DNA of 64,000 nt, taken from NCBI GenBank assembly GCA_964618295.1, contig CAZTWV010000001.1:9435-73434 (forward strand), read 5' to 3'. Below, one piece after another: positions 1-8,441 of this stretch. The translations under genes were made by a program, and so were the position numbers. The notes below the pieces were generated by a model that was given only the letters and a program-made list of their open reading frames with translations, was not told the origin of the DNA and made no database searches. Position 1 is the stretch's first letter. Every line of letters starts with the position of its first letter. The DNA comes from an uncultured Anaerolineales bacterium (GTDB lineage: Bacteria > Chloroflexota > Anaerolineae > Anaerolineales > UBA11858).

Positions 1-312
1 GGTTTGAAAGTCCTTTGCGAGTCGGGCGACGCCCTCTTTGTCAGTTGTAAATTCGTAAAAATTGTTGTAATTGGTTATGTCCTGAAAGGAGTTGGCCGGG
101 TTTCCAAGTTCATCGAATTTATCCCCGGCTTGAGGGGTAGAAACCGGCTCTGGATCCCCAAGACCTAAATCAGTTCCCGGAAAGAAGGGTTTTTCACTGC
201 AGGCAGCCAGGACAGCTGCAGATGAACCGACAACCCCCAGTGTTTTCAGGAATTGTTTGCGTGATAAATAGAGGTTTTCAGGTGTGATTTCGGGACGTTT
301 TTTTTCTTCCAT
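1..312 (-). CDS. msrP: Protein-methionine-sulfoxide reductase catalytic subunit MsrP/YedY family, N-terminal 104 aa only (gene runs off the window start)
   Basis: Own minus-strand translation; the ORF is open at the window edge, so it is absent from the track: MEEKKRPEITPENLYLSRKQFLKTLGVVGSSAAVLAACSEK...QDITNYNNFYEFTTDKEGVARLAKDFQT. The YNNFYEF-xx-DK block is the hallmark N-terminal region of MsrP/YedY. A Tat-like SRKQFLK and a lipobox-like LAAC are present. ATG at 310-312. Confidence 0.75.
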   Translation of the reverse strand, partial: MEEKKRPEITPENLYLSRKQFLKTLGVVGSSAAVLAACSEKPFFPGTDLGLGDPEPVSTPQAGDKFDELGNPANSFQDITNYNNFYEFTTDKEGVARLAKDFQT

Positions 313-430
313 TAGTTTTCCCTTTGCTGGATTAATTGATGATATCGCAGAAAATTAAGCGTTTGATTAACCTTAATCCAGTTATGGTTTAGATTCTTTG
401 AGCTGCGGAAATCTTTCCTGATTGTCCCGG

Positions 431-466
431 GGAAAAGAACAGGGCCGCATTGTCTGCGGCCCTGTT
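431..466 (-). terminator. Rho-independent terminator after the GT-C/NHL gene
   Basis: On the minus strand, a 12-bp GC-rich stem AACAGGGCCGCA/TGCGGCCCTGTT with a 5-nt loop is followed by TCTTTTCC, about 20 nt after the stop at 486. Confidence 0.7.
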
Positions 467-485
467 GATTGGCTTGGAGGGATAA

Positions 486-3400
486 TTATTGTTGAACCGG
501 AAAATTGATTTTGATGATCCGGTTGTTTTGGGTATCGATGATCCAGACTGCGCCTTGCGGATCTACACTCAGTCCGGTTGGTAAATTCAGAATCGGGTTT
601 CCATCAAGATCAGCTTCCCAATAAGCTAGTAATTCTCCTTCAGGTGAAAATTGGAGAATTCGAGAAACTTCAGGATCGCTGACCAGAATATTTCCATCTT
701 GATCTACCGCCAGGTAAGGCTTGTTGTCGAGTGATTGACCGTACCAAGCCGCGACATCCCATTTGGTGAGGAAGATGCTGGCAATACCGTTCTGGTCCGG
801 GGCAAAGGCCTGGATCCGCTGGTTCCAGGTGTCGGCTACATACAGGTTCCCGTTCCCGTCAATCACCAGGCCGGAAGGCTCGTCAAATTGACCATCTCCC
901 AGACCTACATCCCCAAATTCGGTCAAAAATTGTCCATTTGGATCGTAGACGAGGATCCGTTTGTTTCCAGTGTCGGAGACATAAACATGTCCCAGTGAGT
1001 CTACCGCCACGTCTCGCGGACCCCAGAGAGAGAAGGGAGTCTCCCGCTGTCCGAACTGACCCCATTGGGTGATGAACTCGCCATCAGAGCTGAACTTTTG
1101 AATACGGTGGTTCCAGGTGTCAGCAACATACACAGAGCCGTCAGGGCCTACATCAATCCCCCAGGGCTCATTAAAAAGGCCGCCTGACTGATCGGGGGTA
1201 TTATTTCCGCTGAATCCTCCCCAGTTTCCAACAATCTCTCCCTCGGAATCGATCTGAATGACACGGTGATTACCGGTATCGAGGATGTAAATTGTTCCAT
1301 CGGCTGCGGCAGCCAGATTGCGGGGGAAGCTAAGGTTTAGATTATCAAAACTGGCTTCAACCGGGAGATTGACTTCTTTACCCTCGTACGGATCGGCTGT
1401 TAATTCGGAAAAATCCATTTCCTCAGGTCCGTAATTCCAGACCTTTGCTGCGATGTCTTTCCGAACGTACAGACGCATTTGATCGGCCGGACTCCAGGAA
1501 GCCAGTGAAATAGGCCGACCGGTTGCCTGGGCGTATTTGGTGTAGTCTCGATTTAACCAGATATCAAATATCGCTTCCCGCATTTGGGGATTGCTGACTG
1601 CATTCCAGATTTTTTCCCGGTTCAATCCAAAATAATCCTGATTAGGCCAAACGATCCGGTTGTAAGTAAATTGGTAGTAGGCATTCCCGACTACAGGTTC
1701 AATTTTGGGGTAGTTGTTGTTGCCGACCAGGATAACTGGAGCTGATACCAGATCCCGGGTTGGGTTCTCAGCATAATATCGCTGGTTATCGTAATTTCGC
1801 AGGTACCACCAGTAAGGGTAGGTGGTTTCATTGTCAAAGGCAACTTCCAGGGCGAGCCCATCTGTGGTCCGGTATGATATTTCTTCAATCTGAGCCAGAG
1901 CTTCTTTAACACCCCGCCCGCCGTGAGCATAGACCAGATACTCTGTGGGTTTGTCATAATTAATAAAAGCAGCCTGGAACGCGGTATGGGTCGTCAAGAT
2001 CACCAGCAGCAAGAGCAGGGTTAAAGCCGAGGAAATCCAGATTTGTTTCTTTTCCCAGGAAGAAAGCAAAAACCACAATCCAGCTGCGCTCATTGCAAGT
2101 ACAAAGACTGAGGAGAGAAAATCCCCAGTGGATCGAAGCTGGTTGAGTTCCTGTCCCTGGAATGGAGGATTTGCTGAAAGCAGGTCCCCAACTGCGGAAA
2201 ATGTGCTGACAAGAGCGATAATCATCAAAAGCATCACCGCCCAGCCCTGCTTCTTGCTCCAGGCTTTTGGATCTAGCCCTTCCATAACTTTTTGGATTCC
2301 CCAGGCTGATAACAATATCAAAGGAAAGGCAATATGCACGGTCAGCCAGGGCATTTTTTCCCCGGCGATGGGATATGCAATCAAGCTGGTTAAACTCCAA
2401 AACGCCAGGAGAGCGAAGACCGGTGCTCGATTGCTGTTCGATTTACGCTCCAGCAACTCAGGATGATCGGATTCTTGTTCTACTTCTTCTATTGGTGTCG
2501 AATCTCTCAAGGGAGACCAGGACTGCAATTTGGATATCAAAACACCGATTGCAGTTCCAATTCCACCGAGGAGGGGTAGATATTCATAAACCGGGAGCTG
2601 GATCAGCCAGTAATAATACCAGGGCTGACTGCCCCGCTCGACTGCTTGTTGATCCAACCAGTAGCCCAGGGACCCTACCAATCCGGTAAAGAACCCTGAA
2701 CCATTGGTGAAAAATGTGGTGTAGAAAATGGTGAATGGGATGTAAAAAATACCTGCGTTAATCAACCATTCTCGAGGATTCCAGGTCAGTCCAATGGCCA
2801 CTGCAATGATTGATAGAACCGCAATGAAGACCCCGGTTGTGAACATACCCGTATTAGTGTAATTGAGGGGGTCAAATCCAAACCATTCAACCGGGAAAGG
2901 GGCTAATTGGGGCAGAACCAGGGTGCCCAGGAGCAGCAGGGCACTGAAGGAAGGCAGTTCTTTCAGTTTCTTCCAGGTAAATCCAATGATAGAAAAAAGC
3001 AGAGAAGCGGTCATCATTATCACAGCTAGGGCGAGAGGGATCAATACCTGCAGATGCATCCCGGTCTGGACCTCAACTGATTCCGGCGTTTCCGGAATAC
3101 TCCCCTGAGCAATGATTCCAACCCCGGCGAAGATCACGGCTGCAATCAGCCCGGAGATAAACAAGTTTCTAAATCCGGGTTGTTTCCATGGTTTTTGCGT
3201 CATATCGGAGATATACACGAGACCGAGGAAAACCATCATTTGAGCTGTGTAAATAAAGGCGGTTTCTTTGGTGGTGAAATGAAGCACAGTGGCCGCGGTC
3301 AGCCAGTACAAAAAGCGAGGCTTTTTCGTTTCCAGATAACGAAGGACAGCCCAGATGGAAACAACCCCAAAAAGAGCTACAAACGCTTCGTTTCGAACAT

Positions 3401-3833
3401 AGCGCCCGTAGTAGAGCATAAATGGAGAGATCAAAGTCATCAGGGCTGCAGCAATTGTTCCCCAGCTGCCCAGGTAGCGGCGGTACTTCCAGAGGAAGAT
3501 GATGGTCAACACGCTGCTGATTGCTGCTGGGATCCTGGCGGTGTAATCGCTGTCACCAAATAGAAAATAGACAAAGGCCAGAAAGTGGAACTGAAAAGGT
3601 CCATGAGTGATGGGATCATGGGAGTAGCCCATACCCTTAAACAGGCGCCAGGCATAATAAACATGAGATGTTTCATCATGACTGATCACCCGCGCTCCGA
3701 GATCATAAAAACGAGTGGTAGCAGCGGCTAATATTATCAGCAGAAATACGATTAATTCCCAGCTGAACTGAATATCGCGCAGCGGATTGGACTTCAACCA
3801 ATTATTTTTTGTTTCTTGTTTGGTGTGTTCCAT
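486..3833 (-). CDS. Polytopic GT-C-type (ArnT/PMT/TIGR03663-like) membrane glycosyltransferase fused to a C-terminal six-bladed NHL-repeat beta-propeller
   Basis: The N-terminal ~800 aa are multi-TM with RFYDLGARVISHDETSHVYYAW, the first-loop DE motif typical of GT-C enzymes. The C-terminal ~300 aa carry six NHL-like repeats (YILDTGNHRVIQI, YVADTWNHRIQKF, YVSDTGNKRILVY, YVADTWNQRIQAF, LVSDPEVSRILQF, WIIDTQNNRIIKI). Start moved to MEHTKQ (ATG 3831-3833), which has GAGGTG 9 nt upstream. The track start at 3899 would overlap rluB. Confidence 0.75.
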   Translation of the reverse strand: MEHTKQETKNNWLKSNPLRDIQFSWELIVFLLIILAAATTRFYDLGARVISHDETSHVYYAWRLFKGMGYSHDPITHGPFQFHFLAFVYFLFGDSDYTARIPAAISSVLTIIFLWKYRRYLGSWGTIAAALMTLISPFMLYYGRYVRNEAFVALFGVVSIWAVLRYLETKKPRFLYWLTAATVLHFTTKETAFIYTAQMMVFLGLVYISDMTQKPWKQPGFRNLFISGLIAAVIFAGVGIIAQGSIPETPESVEVQTGMHLQVLIPLALAVIMMTASLLFSIIGFTWKKLKELPSFSALLLLGTLVLPQLAPFPVEWFGFDPLNYTNTGMFTTGVFIAVLSIIAVAIGLTWNPREWLINAGIFYIPFTIFYTTFFTNGSGFFTGLVGSLGYWLDQQAVERGSQPWYYYWLIQLPVYEYLPLLGGIGTAIGVLISKLQSWSPLRDSTPIEEVEQESDHPELLERKSNSNRAPVFALLAFWSLTSLIAYPIAGEKMPWLTVHIAFPLILLSAWGIQKVMEGLDPKAWSKKQGWAVMLLMIIALVSTFSAVGDLLSANPPFQGQELNQLRSTGDFLSSVFVLAMSAAGLWFLLSSWEKKQIWISSALTLLLLLVILTTHTAFQAAFINYDKPTEYLVYAHGGRGVKEALAQIEEISYRTTDGLALEVAFDNETTYPYWWYLRNYDNQRYYAENPTRDLVSAPVILVGNNNYPKIEPVVGNAYYQFTYNRIVWPNQDYFGLNREKIWNAVSNPQMREAIFDIWLNRDYTKYAQATGRPISLASWSPADQMRLYVRKDIAAKVWNYGPEEMDFSELTADPYEGKEVNLPVEASFDNLNLSFPRNLAAAADGTIYILDTGNHRVIQIDSEGEIVGNWGGFSGNNTPDQSGGLFNEPWGIDVGPDGSVYVADTWNHRIQKFSSDGEFITQWGQFGQRETPFSLWGPRDVAVDSLGHVYVSDTGNKRILVYDPNGQFLTEFGDVGLGDGQFDEPSGLVIDGNGNLYVADTWNQRIQAFAPDQNGIASIFLTKWDVAAWYGQSLDNKPYLAVDQDGNILVSDPEVSRILQFSPEGELLAYWEADLDGNPILNLPTGLSVDPQGAVWIIDTQNNRIIKINFPVQQ

Positions 3834-3850
3834 TAGGTTTTTCACCTCAA

Positions 3851-4561
3851 TCAAGATTGTTTTAGTGCTTTGACTTCTTCCATAGACAACTCTCTCCACT
3901 TTCCCGGGCCAAGTTCATTCAACCTTAATCCAGCAATTCGAACCCGGATCAGGCGCAGGACGGATAAGCCAACTGCGTCCAGCATTCTGCGGATTTGTCT
4001 TTTCTTACCTTCGGTCAACGTGATCCGCAGCCAGAACTCTCCAGAGTCATGGGGTTCAAAAGTAACTATGGCTGGAGAAGTGATTTCCCCATTTCCAAGA
4101 TTGATTCCCTGCTGAAGCTGCCTGATTTGTCTGGGATTTGGCTTCTGATTCACCTGGACGCGGTATTCTTTTTCATGCTGGTACCGGGGGTGGGTAAGCT
4201 TGTTGGTCAGGCGGCCGTCATTTGTCATTAAAATCAGACCTTCACTGTCTTTATCCAATCTTCCAACCGGATACAGTCTGCCTTGAAGCTGAATGTAATC
4301 CCTGACGGTTGGCTCTCCCCGGGGAGATTTCACTGAAGAAAGCACACCAGTAGGTTTGTTGAAAGCAATATATTTTAACGGTTCAGGATCGCCGATCGGC
4401 TTCCCATCAACCGTAATTTGATCATTTTCAGGATCTGCTTTTGCGCCAATTTCAGCTATCCGGTTGTTGATCCTGACCCTTCCAGCAGTGATGATCTCCT
4501 CAGCACTCCTCCTGGAACCATAACCTGCTTTTGCCAGAATTTTTTGTAATCGGATTTTCAT
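3851..4561 (-). CDS. rluB: Pseudouridine synthase, RsuA/RluB family (S4 domain plus catalytic domain)
   Basis: N-terminal S4 RNA-binding motif (RLQKILAKAGYGSRRSAEEIITAGRVRINN) and the catalytic GRLDKDSEGLILMTNDG motif of the RsuA/RluB/RluE/RluF family. The position after scpB matches synteny conserved in many monoderms. Confidence 0.85.
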   Translation of the reverse strand: MKIRLQKILAKAGYGSRRSAEEIITAGRVRINNRIAEIGAKADPENDQITVDGKPIGDPEPLKYIAFNKPTGVLSSVKSPRGEPTVRDYIQLQGRLYPVGRLDKDSEGLILMTNDGRLTNKLTHPRYQHEKEYRVQVNQKPNPRQIRQLQQGINLGNGEITSPAIVTFEPHDSGEFWLRITLTEGKKRQIRRMLDAVGLSVLRLIRVRIAGLRLNELGPGKWRELSMEEVKALKQS

Positions 4562-4581
4562 AAAAGCTGGACCAGATTTAG

Positions 4582-5160
4582 TTACCCCTTGAGGACTTTT
4601 GGAACGGCCTGATTGTCATACTCATCCAGATTGAGCGGTGGAAGTTCGTCCAGGGATGAGAGACCGAAATATTTCAGAAAATCTGTAGTGGTGCTGTACA
4701 AAATTGGACGGCCGGGCCCCTCGGCTCTGCCGACATCATCTACCAGTCCTTTGCTGATCAAAGTCCGGAGCACACCATCGCTGTTAACACCCCGGATTGA
4801 ATCAACTTGGGGTCGAGTCACAGGCTGCTGATAGGCAATGATTGAGAGTGTTTCAAGGGCTGCCTGGCTGAGTGGGCTGGTAGATTCCAGCTCCAGATAA
4901 GTTTCAATCAGGGCTGCAGTCTCAGGTGCGCTTACCAACTGGATTTTCCCATTATGACGTTGGAGTTGAATTCCGCGCTTCAAATAGAGTTCATCCAGCT
5001 CATCAAGGGTATTCTTGATGGCTCTAACAGTCTCATCAAGAACTGTTGAGATTTGATGGGGGGTAATGGGCTCCGGGGCGACGAACAAAAGTGCCTCTAC
5101 CCGGGCTCCCAGGGACAATTCTTGATCTTGGATTATTTCCGTGCTCTGATCATCTACCAT
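4582..5160 (-). CDS. scpB: Segregation and condensation protein B (SMC-ScpAB subunit)
   Basis: RVEALLFVAPEPITPHQISTVL ... LSQAALETLSIIAYQQPVTRPQVDSIRGVNSDGVLRTLISKGLV is a typical ScpB double winged-helix sequence. Start trimmed to MVDDQS (ATG at 5158-5160). The track extension to 5403 overlaps the divergent gene at 5219 and has no ScpB similarity. Confidence 0.85.
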   Translation of the reverse strand: MVDDQSTEIIQDQELSLGARVEALLFVAPEPITPHQISTVLDETVRAIKNTLDELDELYLKRGIQLQRHNGKIQLVSAPETAALIETYLELESTSPLSQAALETLSIIAYQQPVTRPQVDSIRGVNSDGVLRTLISKGLVDDVGRAEGPGRPILYSTTTDFLKYFGLSSLDELPPLNLDEYDNQAVPKVLKG

Positions 5161-5218
5161 GCTATAATTTTGATTTAGATACTCCGTTGAAACAAAAACA
5201 GGAGTCCTAGGATTTGAA

Positions 5219-6859
5219 GTGAAAGTTAATTTGTCTGAAAAAAGATTATACCATTTTATAAAACCCACTATTCTGGTCTTCTGCCTGATGATTATAACCG
5301 CAGGTTGCCGTTCTGCTGTTTTGGATGAATCAATTCCCCGGATCGAAATATCTGTTGAAGCGGATAACCAATCGTATTCAGTGAATTTGCCAAAAGACAG
5401 CACGGTCCAGAATGTATTGGATGCAGCAGGAATTGTTCTGGAAAGAAATGATCGGGTAGAACCACCGCTGGGTGTGGTTTTAAGCGGTGATGATCAGGTT
5501 CAGGTGATCAGGATTGAGGAAGTGATTGAGATTGAAGAAGAGATCATTCCCTACCGGGTCATCGAGCAGCCCACTGAAAATCTTCCAGTTGGACAGGAAC
5601 AACTGCTTCAATCCGGGAAAAATGGTTTACGAGAGGTGACCTATCTCCGGGTTTTTGAGAATGGGGAGGAGACATCTTTCCGTGAGATCAGCAGTGTTGA
5701 AGTTGAAGCGGCAGTCGATGAAATGATCCTTGTCGGGGTTCGTGCTGCAAGTTCTCCAGTCATAATTCCCAGCCCCCTGATCTATATCTCGAGCGGAAAT
5801 GCCTGGCTTATGGAGCAGTCAACTTCGAACCGGACTCTACTTGTGGGTACGGGCGACCTGGATGGGAGGGTGTTCCGACTTTCCCCGGACGGGGAATGGC
5901 TTCTGTTTACCAGATCCTCAACTGAGGAAGATGTGATCAATACCTTATGGGCAGCGAAAATTGAAGCTCAAGGACAGGTACTGGTTGATCTCAAGGTCAA
6001 TAATGTGATCCATTTTGCTGATTGGGTTCCAGATGACGAAAGCTCAGTTGCATATTCGACGGTTGAATCACGGATTTCCGCTCCCGGCTGGCAGGCTAAC
6101 AATAACCTGGAAGTCCGGAAGTTCAGCGAAAGCGGGTGGTCTACTCTCTCTTACGAGGTGCTGGAAACAGGGTATATCGGGGTTTACGGCTGGTGGGGAA
6201 CAGAATTTGCTTATCCGCCCAGTGGGGAGTATGTGGCCTATGCGAGTCCGGATCAGGTAGGAATTGTTGATGTTGAATCCGGTGAGAGGGAAACTTATTT
6301 AGAAATGCCGTCGTACCGTACATCCGGGGATTGGGCCTGGATGTCTGGTCTGGGCGTGGGACCGCTGGGTAATTTCATCTACGCGGTGGAGCATGTACCG
6401 CTTGATGGCCAGGAAGGAACTACAGCAGCTGAGGAATCACCGAAATTTGATTTAACAGCGATATCGCTTGCTTCCGGGATGTCGACCCGGATTCTGGAAG
6501 ATGTGGGTATGTTTGCTTATCCAATTCCCTCTCCAATTCAGGGGAAAACATCCGGGGAGGCATCCTTTCAGGTTGCTTACCTGCAAGCAGTATTTCCAGA
6601 GCAAAGTTCTACCAGCAATTACCGGGTGGCCGTGATGGACCGGGATGGCTCCAATCCCCGGGTGATATTCCCGCTCCCCGATAAGTCCGGTCTGGAGCCC
6701 CGGAGAGGTTGGGGAGCCTGGGCGCCGGAAGCTGTAGAGGGTAGTGAAGGACAACTTCTGGCAGTTTTGTATTCCGGAAATATTTGGATTCTGGATCCAA
6801 ATTCAGGTGTGTTTAATCAGGTCACTGGCGATGGGCGCGTACAGGCCCTGGATTGGTAA
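5219..6859 (+). CDS. Secreted/lipoprotein-like DUF348-G5 domain protein with C-terminal TolB/PD40-like beta-propeller region
   Basis: Signal peptide with a Cys (LVFCLMIITAGC). Ubiquitin-like DUF348-type segment (YSVNLPKDSTVQNVLDAAGIVLERNDRVEPPL). G5-like segment (IPYRVIEQPTENLPVGQEQLLQSGKNGLREVTYLRVFENGEETSFREISSVEVEAAVDEMILVG). The C-terminal ~350 aa have recurring SPDGEWL / DRDGSNP type strands. GTG start. Confidence 0.6.
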   Translation: MKVNLSEKRLYHFIKPTILVFCLMIITAGCRSAVLDESIPRIEISVEADNQSYSVNLPKDSTVQNVLDAAGIVLERNDRVEPPLGVVLSGDDQVQVIRIEEVIEIEEEIIPYRVIEQPTENLPVGQEQLLQSGKNGLREVTYLRVFENGEETSFREISSVEVEAAVDEMILVGVRAASSPVIIPSPLIYISSGNAWLMEQSTSNRTLLVGTGDLDGRVFRLSPDGEWLLFTRSSTEEDVINTLWAAKIEAQGQVLVDLKVNNVIHFADWVPDDESSVAYSTVESRISAPGWQANNNLEVRKFSESGWSTLSYEVLETGYIGVYGWWGTEFAYPPSGEYVAYASPDQVGIVDVESGERETYLEMPSYRTSGDWAWMSGLGVGPLGNFIYAVEHVPLDGQEGTTAAEESPKFDLTAISLASGMSTRILEDVGMFAYPIPSPIQGKTSGEASFQVAYLQAVFPEQSSTSNYRVAVMDRDGSNPRVIFPLPDKSGLEPRRGWGAWAPEAVEGSEGQLLAVLYSGNIWILDPNSGVFNQVTGDGRVQALDW

Positions 6860-6911
6860 TGGTTTTGGGTGAAACAATTTATCAAAAAATAATTAATTTT
6901 GAAGGTGATTA

Positions 6912-7868
6912 ATGAATGTACTTGTGACAGGAGCTGCTGGGTTTTTGGGTTCACATCTTTGTGAGCGTTTATTAGCTGAAGGGCATTCTGTAATTGCTCT
7001 GGATAATTTTGTTACCGGACGTTGGGAAAATTTAGCCCACCTGGAGAGTGAACCGGGCTTCATTTTTATGGAGCATGATGTATCAACTTATATTGATGTG
7101 TCTGACCATCAAGTGGAAGCGGTTATGCATTTTGCTTCGCCGGCCAGCCCAAATCCCCATTCTCCCTATGGTTATGTAAACCTGCCGATTCAAACTCTGA
7201 AAGCCGGCGCTTTGGGGACATTAAACAGTCTGGGAGTGGCCCGCGCTCATCAAGCGCGTTTTTTGTTGGCTTCCACAAGCGAGATTTATGGCGATCCGGA
7301 GGTCCATCCTCAACCTGAAAGCTACTGGGGTCATGTAAACCCGATTGGCGAGCGCTCGGTCTATGATGAAGCCAAACGTTTTGCAGAAGCGCTGACCCTT
7401 GCCTACCACCGCTTTCATGGGATTGATACAAAAATTGTGCGGATTTTTAATACCTATGGTCCGCGGATGCGGTTGGACGATGGGCGGGTAGTACCGAACT
7501 TTATTAAACAGGCTTTGAAAAAGGTTCCCCTGACAATTTTTGGAGATGGAAATCAAACCCGGAGTTTCTGCTACGTTGATGATTTGATCGAGGGGATTTA
7601 CCGCTTGCTGCTGTCCGATGAGCACTATCCGGTCAATATAGGCAATCCTTCTGAGATTTCAATCCTAACTTTGGCGGAAACCGTCAACCGCTTGTTCAAC
7701 AATTCTGCAGCGATCAACGTTATGCCTGACAAGCGGGGAGAGGGAGATCCGCAACGGCGGAGACCTGATATTTCCCGGGCAAAAAACATCCTCGACTGGG
7801 AACCAACTGTTAATCTGGAGGACGGATTAATAAAAACCGTTCCTTATTTCAAAGATAATATTGAGTAG
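6912..7868 (+). CDS. UDP-glucuronate decarboxylase (UDP-xylose synthase)-type NAD-dependent epimerase/dehydratase
   Basis: Rossmann motif [14 protein letters not shown], catalytic YDEAKR (YxxxK), and overall UXS/ArnA-decarboxylase-like layout ([35 protein letters not shown]). Confidence 0.8.
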   Translation: MNVLVTGAAGFLGSHLCERLLAEGHSVIALDNFVTGRWENLAHLESEPGFIFMEHDVSTYIDVSDHQVEAVMHFASPASPNPHSPYGYVNLPIQTLKAGALGTLNSLGVARAHQARFLLASTSEIYGDPEVHPQPESYWGHVNPIGERSVYDEAKRFAEALTLAYHRFHGIDTKIVRIFNTYGPRMRLDDGRVVPNFIKQALKKVPLTIFGDGNQTRSFCYVDDLIEGIYRLLLSDEHYPVNIGNPSEISILTLAETVNRLFNNSAAINVMPDKRGEGDPQRRRPDISRAKNILDWEPTVNLEDGLIKTVPYFKDNIE

Positions 7869-7872
7869 GATT

Positions 7873-8343
7873 ATGAAATCAATTAACATAGTCACCAACC
7901 CTCGAGAACGGGTCCGGTTTGGAAAGTTTTGTGTTGTAGGTGCTTTCGGGGCTCTGGTTGATTTTAGCAGTTTTCATCTATTCCTGAGCGTTTTTGGGAT
8001 ATCTCCAGTTTTTGCGCAGGCGATGTCATTCACGGCAGCTATTACAAGTAATTTTATCTGGAATCGATACTGGACTTACCCGGATTCCCGATCCAAGCCG
8101 ATTTATAATCAGCTGGTGACGTTTTTTGTGGTCAATGTGGTCGGTCTGGCCATCCGAACTCCTGTATTTGCGGGATTGGAAGGTCCTTTCCGGCGTTTAT
8201 TTGAGCAATTATCATTCATTCCGATCTGGATTCTAACGGCTGATCGGTTGGGTTATACTTTTGCCCTGGGTGTAGCCGTGGTGATTGTCATGTTCTGGAA
8301 CTTTTTCATCAACCGGGTCTGGACCTATAATGACGTGGAGTGA
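7873..8343 (+). CDS. GtrA family membrane protein (polyprenol-phosphate-sugar handling)
   Basis: RFGKFCVVGAFGALVDFSSFHLFL and four TM segments ending in FFINRVWTY are typical of the GtrA family. The start is uncertain, either ATG 7873 or TTG 7861, and neither has a good SD. Confidence 0.7.
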   Translation: MKSINIVTNPRERVRFGKFCVVGAFGALVDFSSFHLFLSVFGISPVFAQAMSFTAAITSNFIWNRYWTYPDSRSKPIYNQLVTFFVVNVVGLAIRTPVFAGLEGPFRRLFEQLSFIPIWILTADRLGYTFALGVAVVIVMFWNFFINRVWTYNDVE

Positions 8344-8441
8344 TCATCTCTCCAGAACTGACATTCCGCTTTAAGCAAATTCTATTCCTCAATCTGAGTA
8401 TAATAAACTCAGATCCTGTCAATCCAGGTGGGAGCTGATCT

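Noticed and set aside
735-3563. Numerous 60-146-aa ORFs on both strands (for example 1960-2400, 2128-2466, 3180-3563).
   Set aside because: All are nested within the 1115-aa GT-C/NHL gene, whose repeats and TM pattern are continuous. They are shadow ORFs.
5161-5403. N-terminal 81-aa extension of scpB in the track.
   Set aside because: It overlaps the divergent gene starting at 5219 and has no ScpB similarity. ScpB homology begins just after the internal Met.
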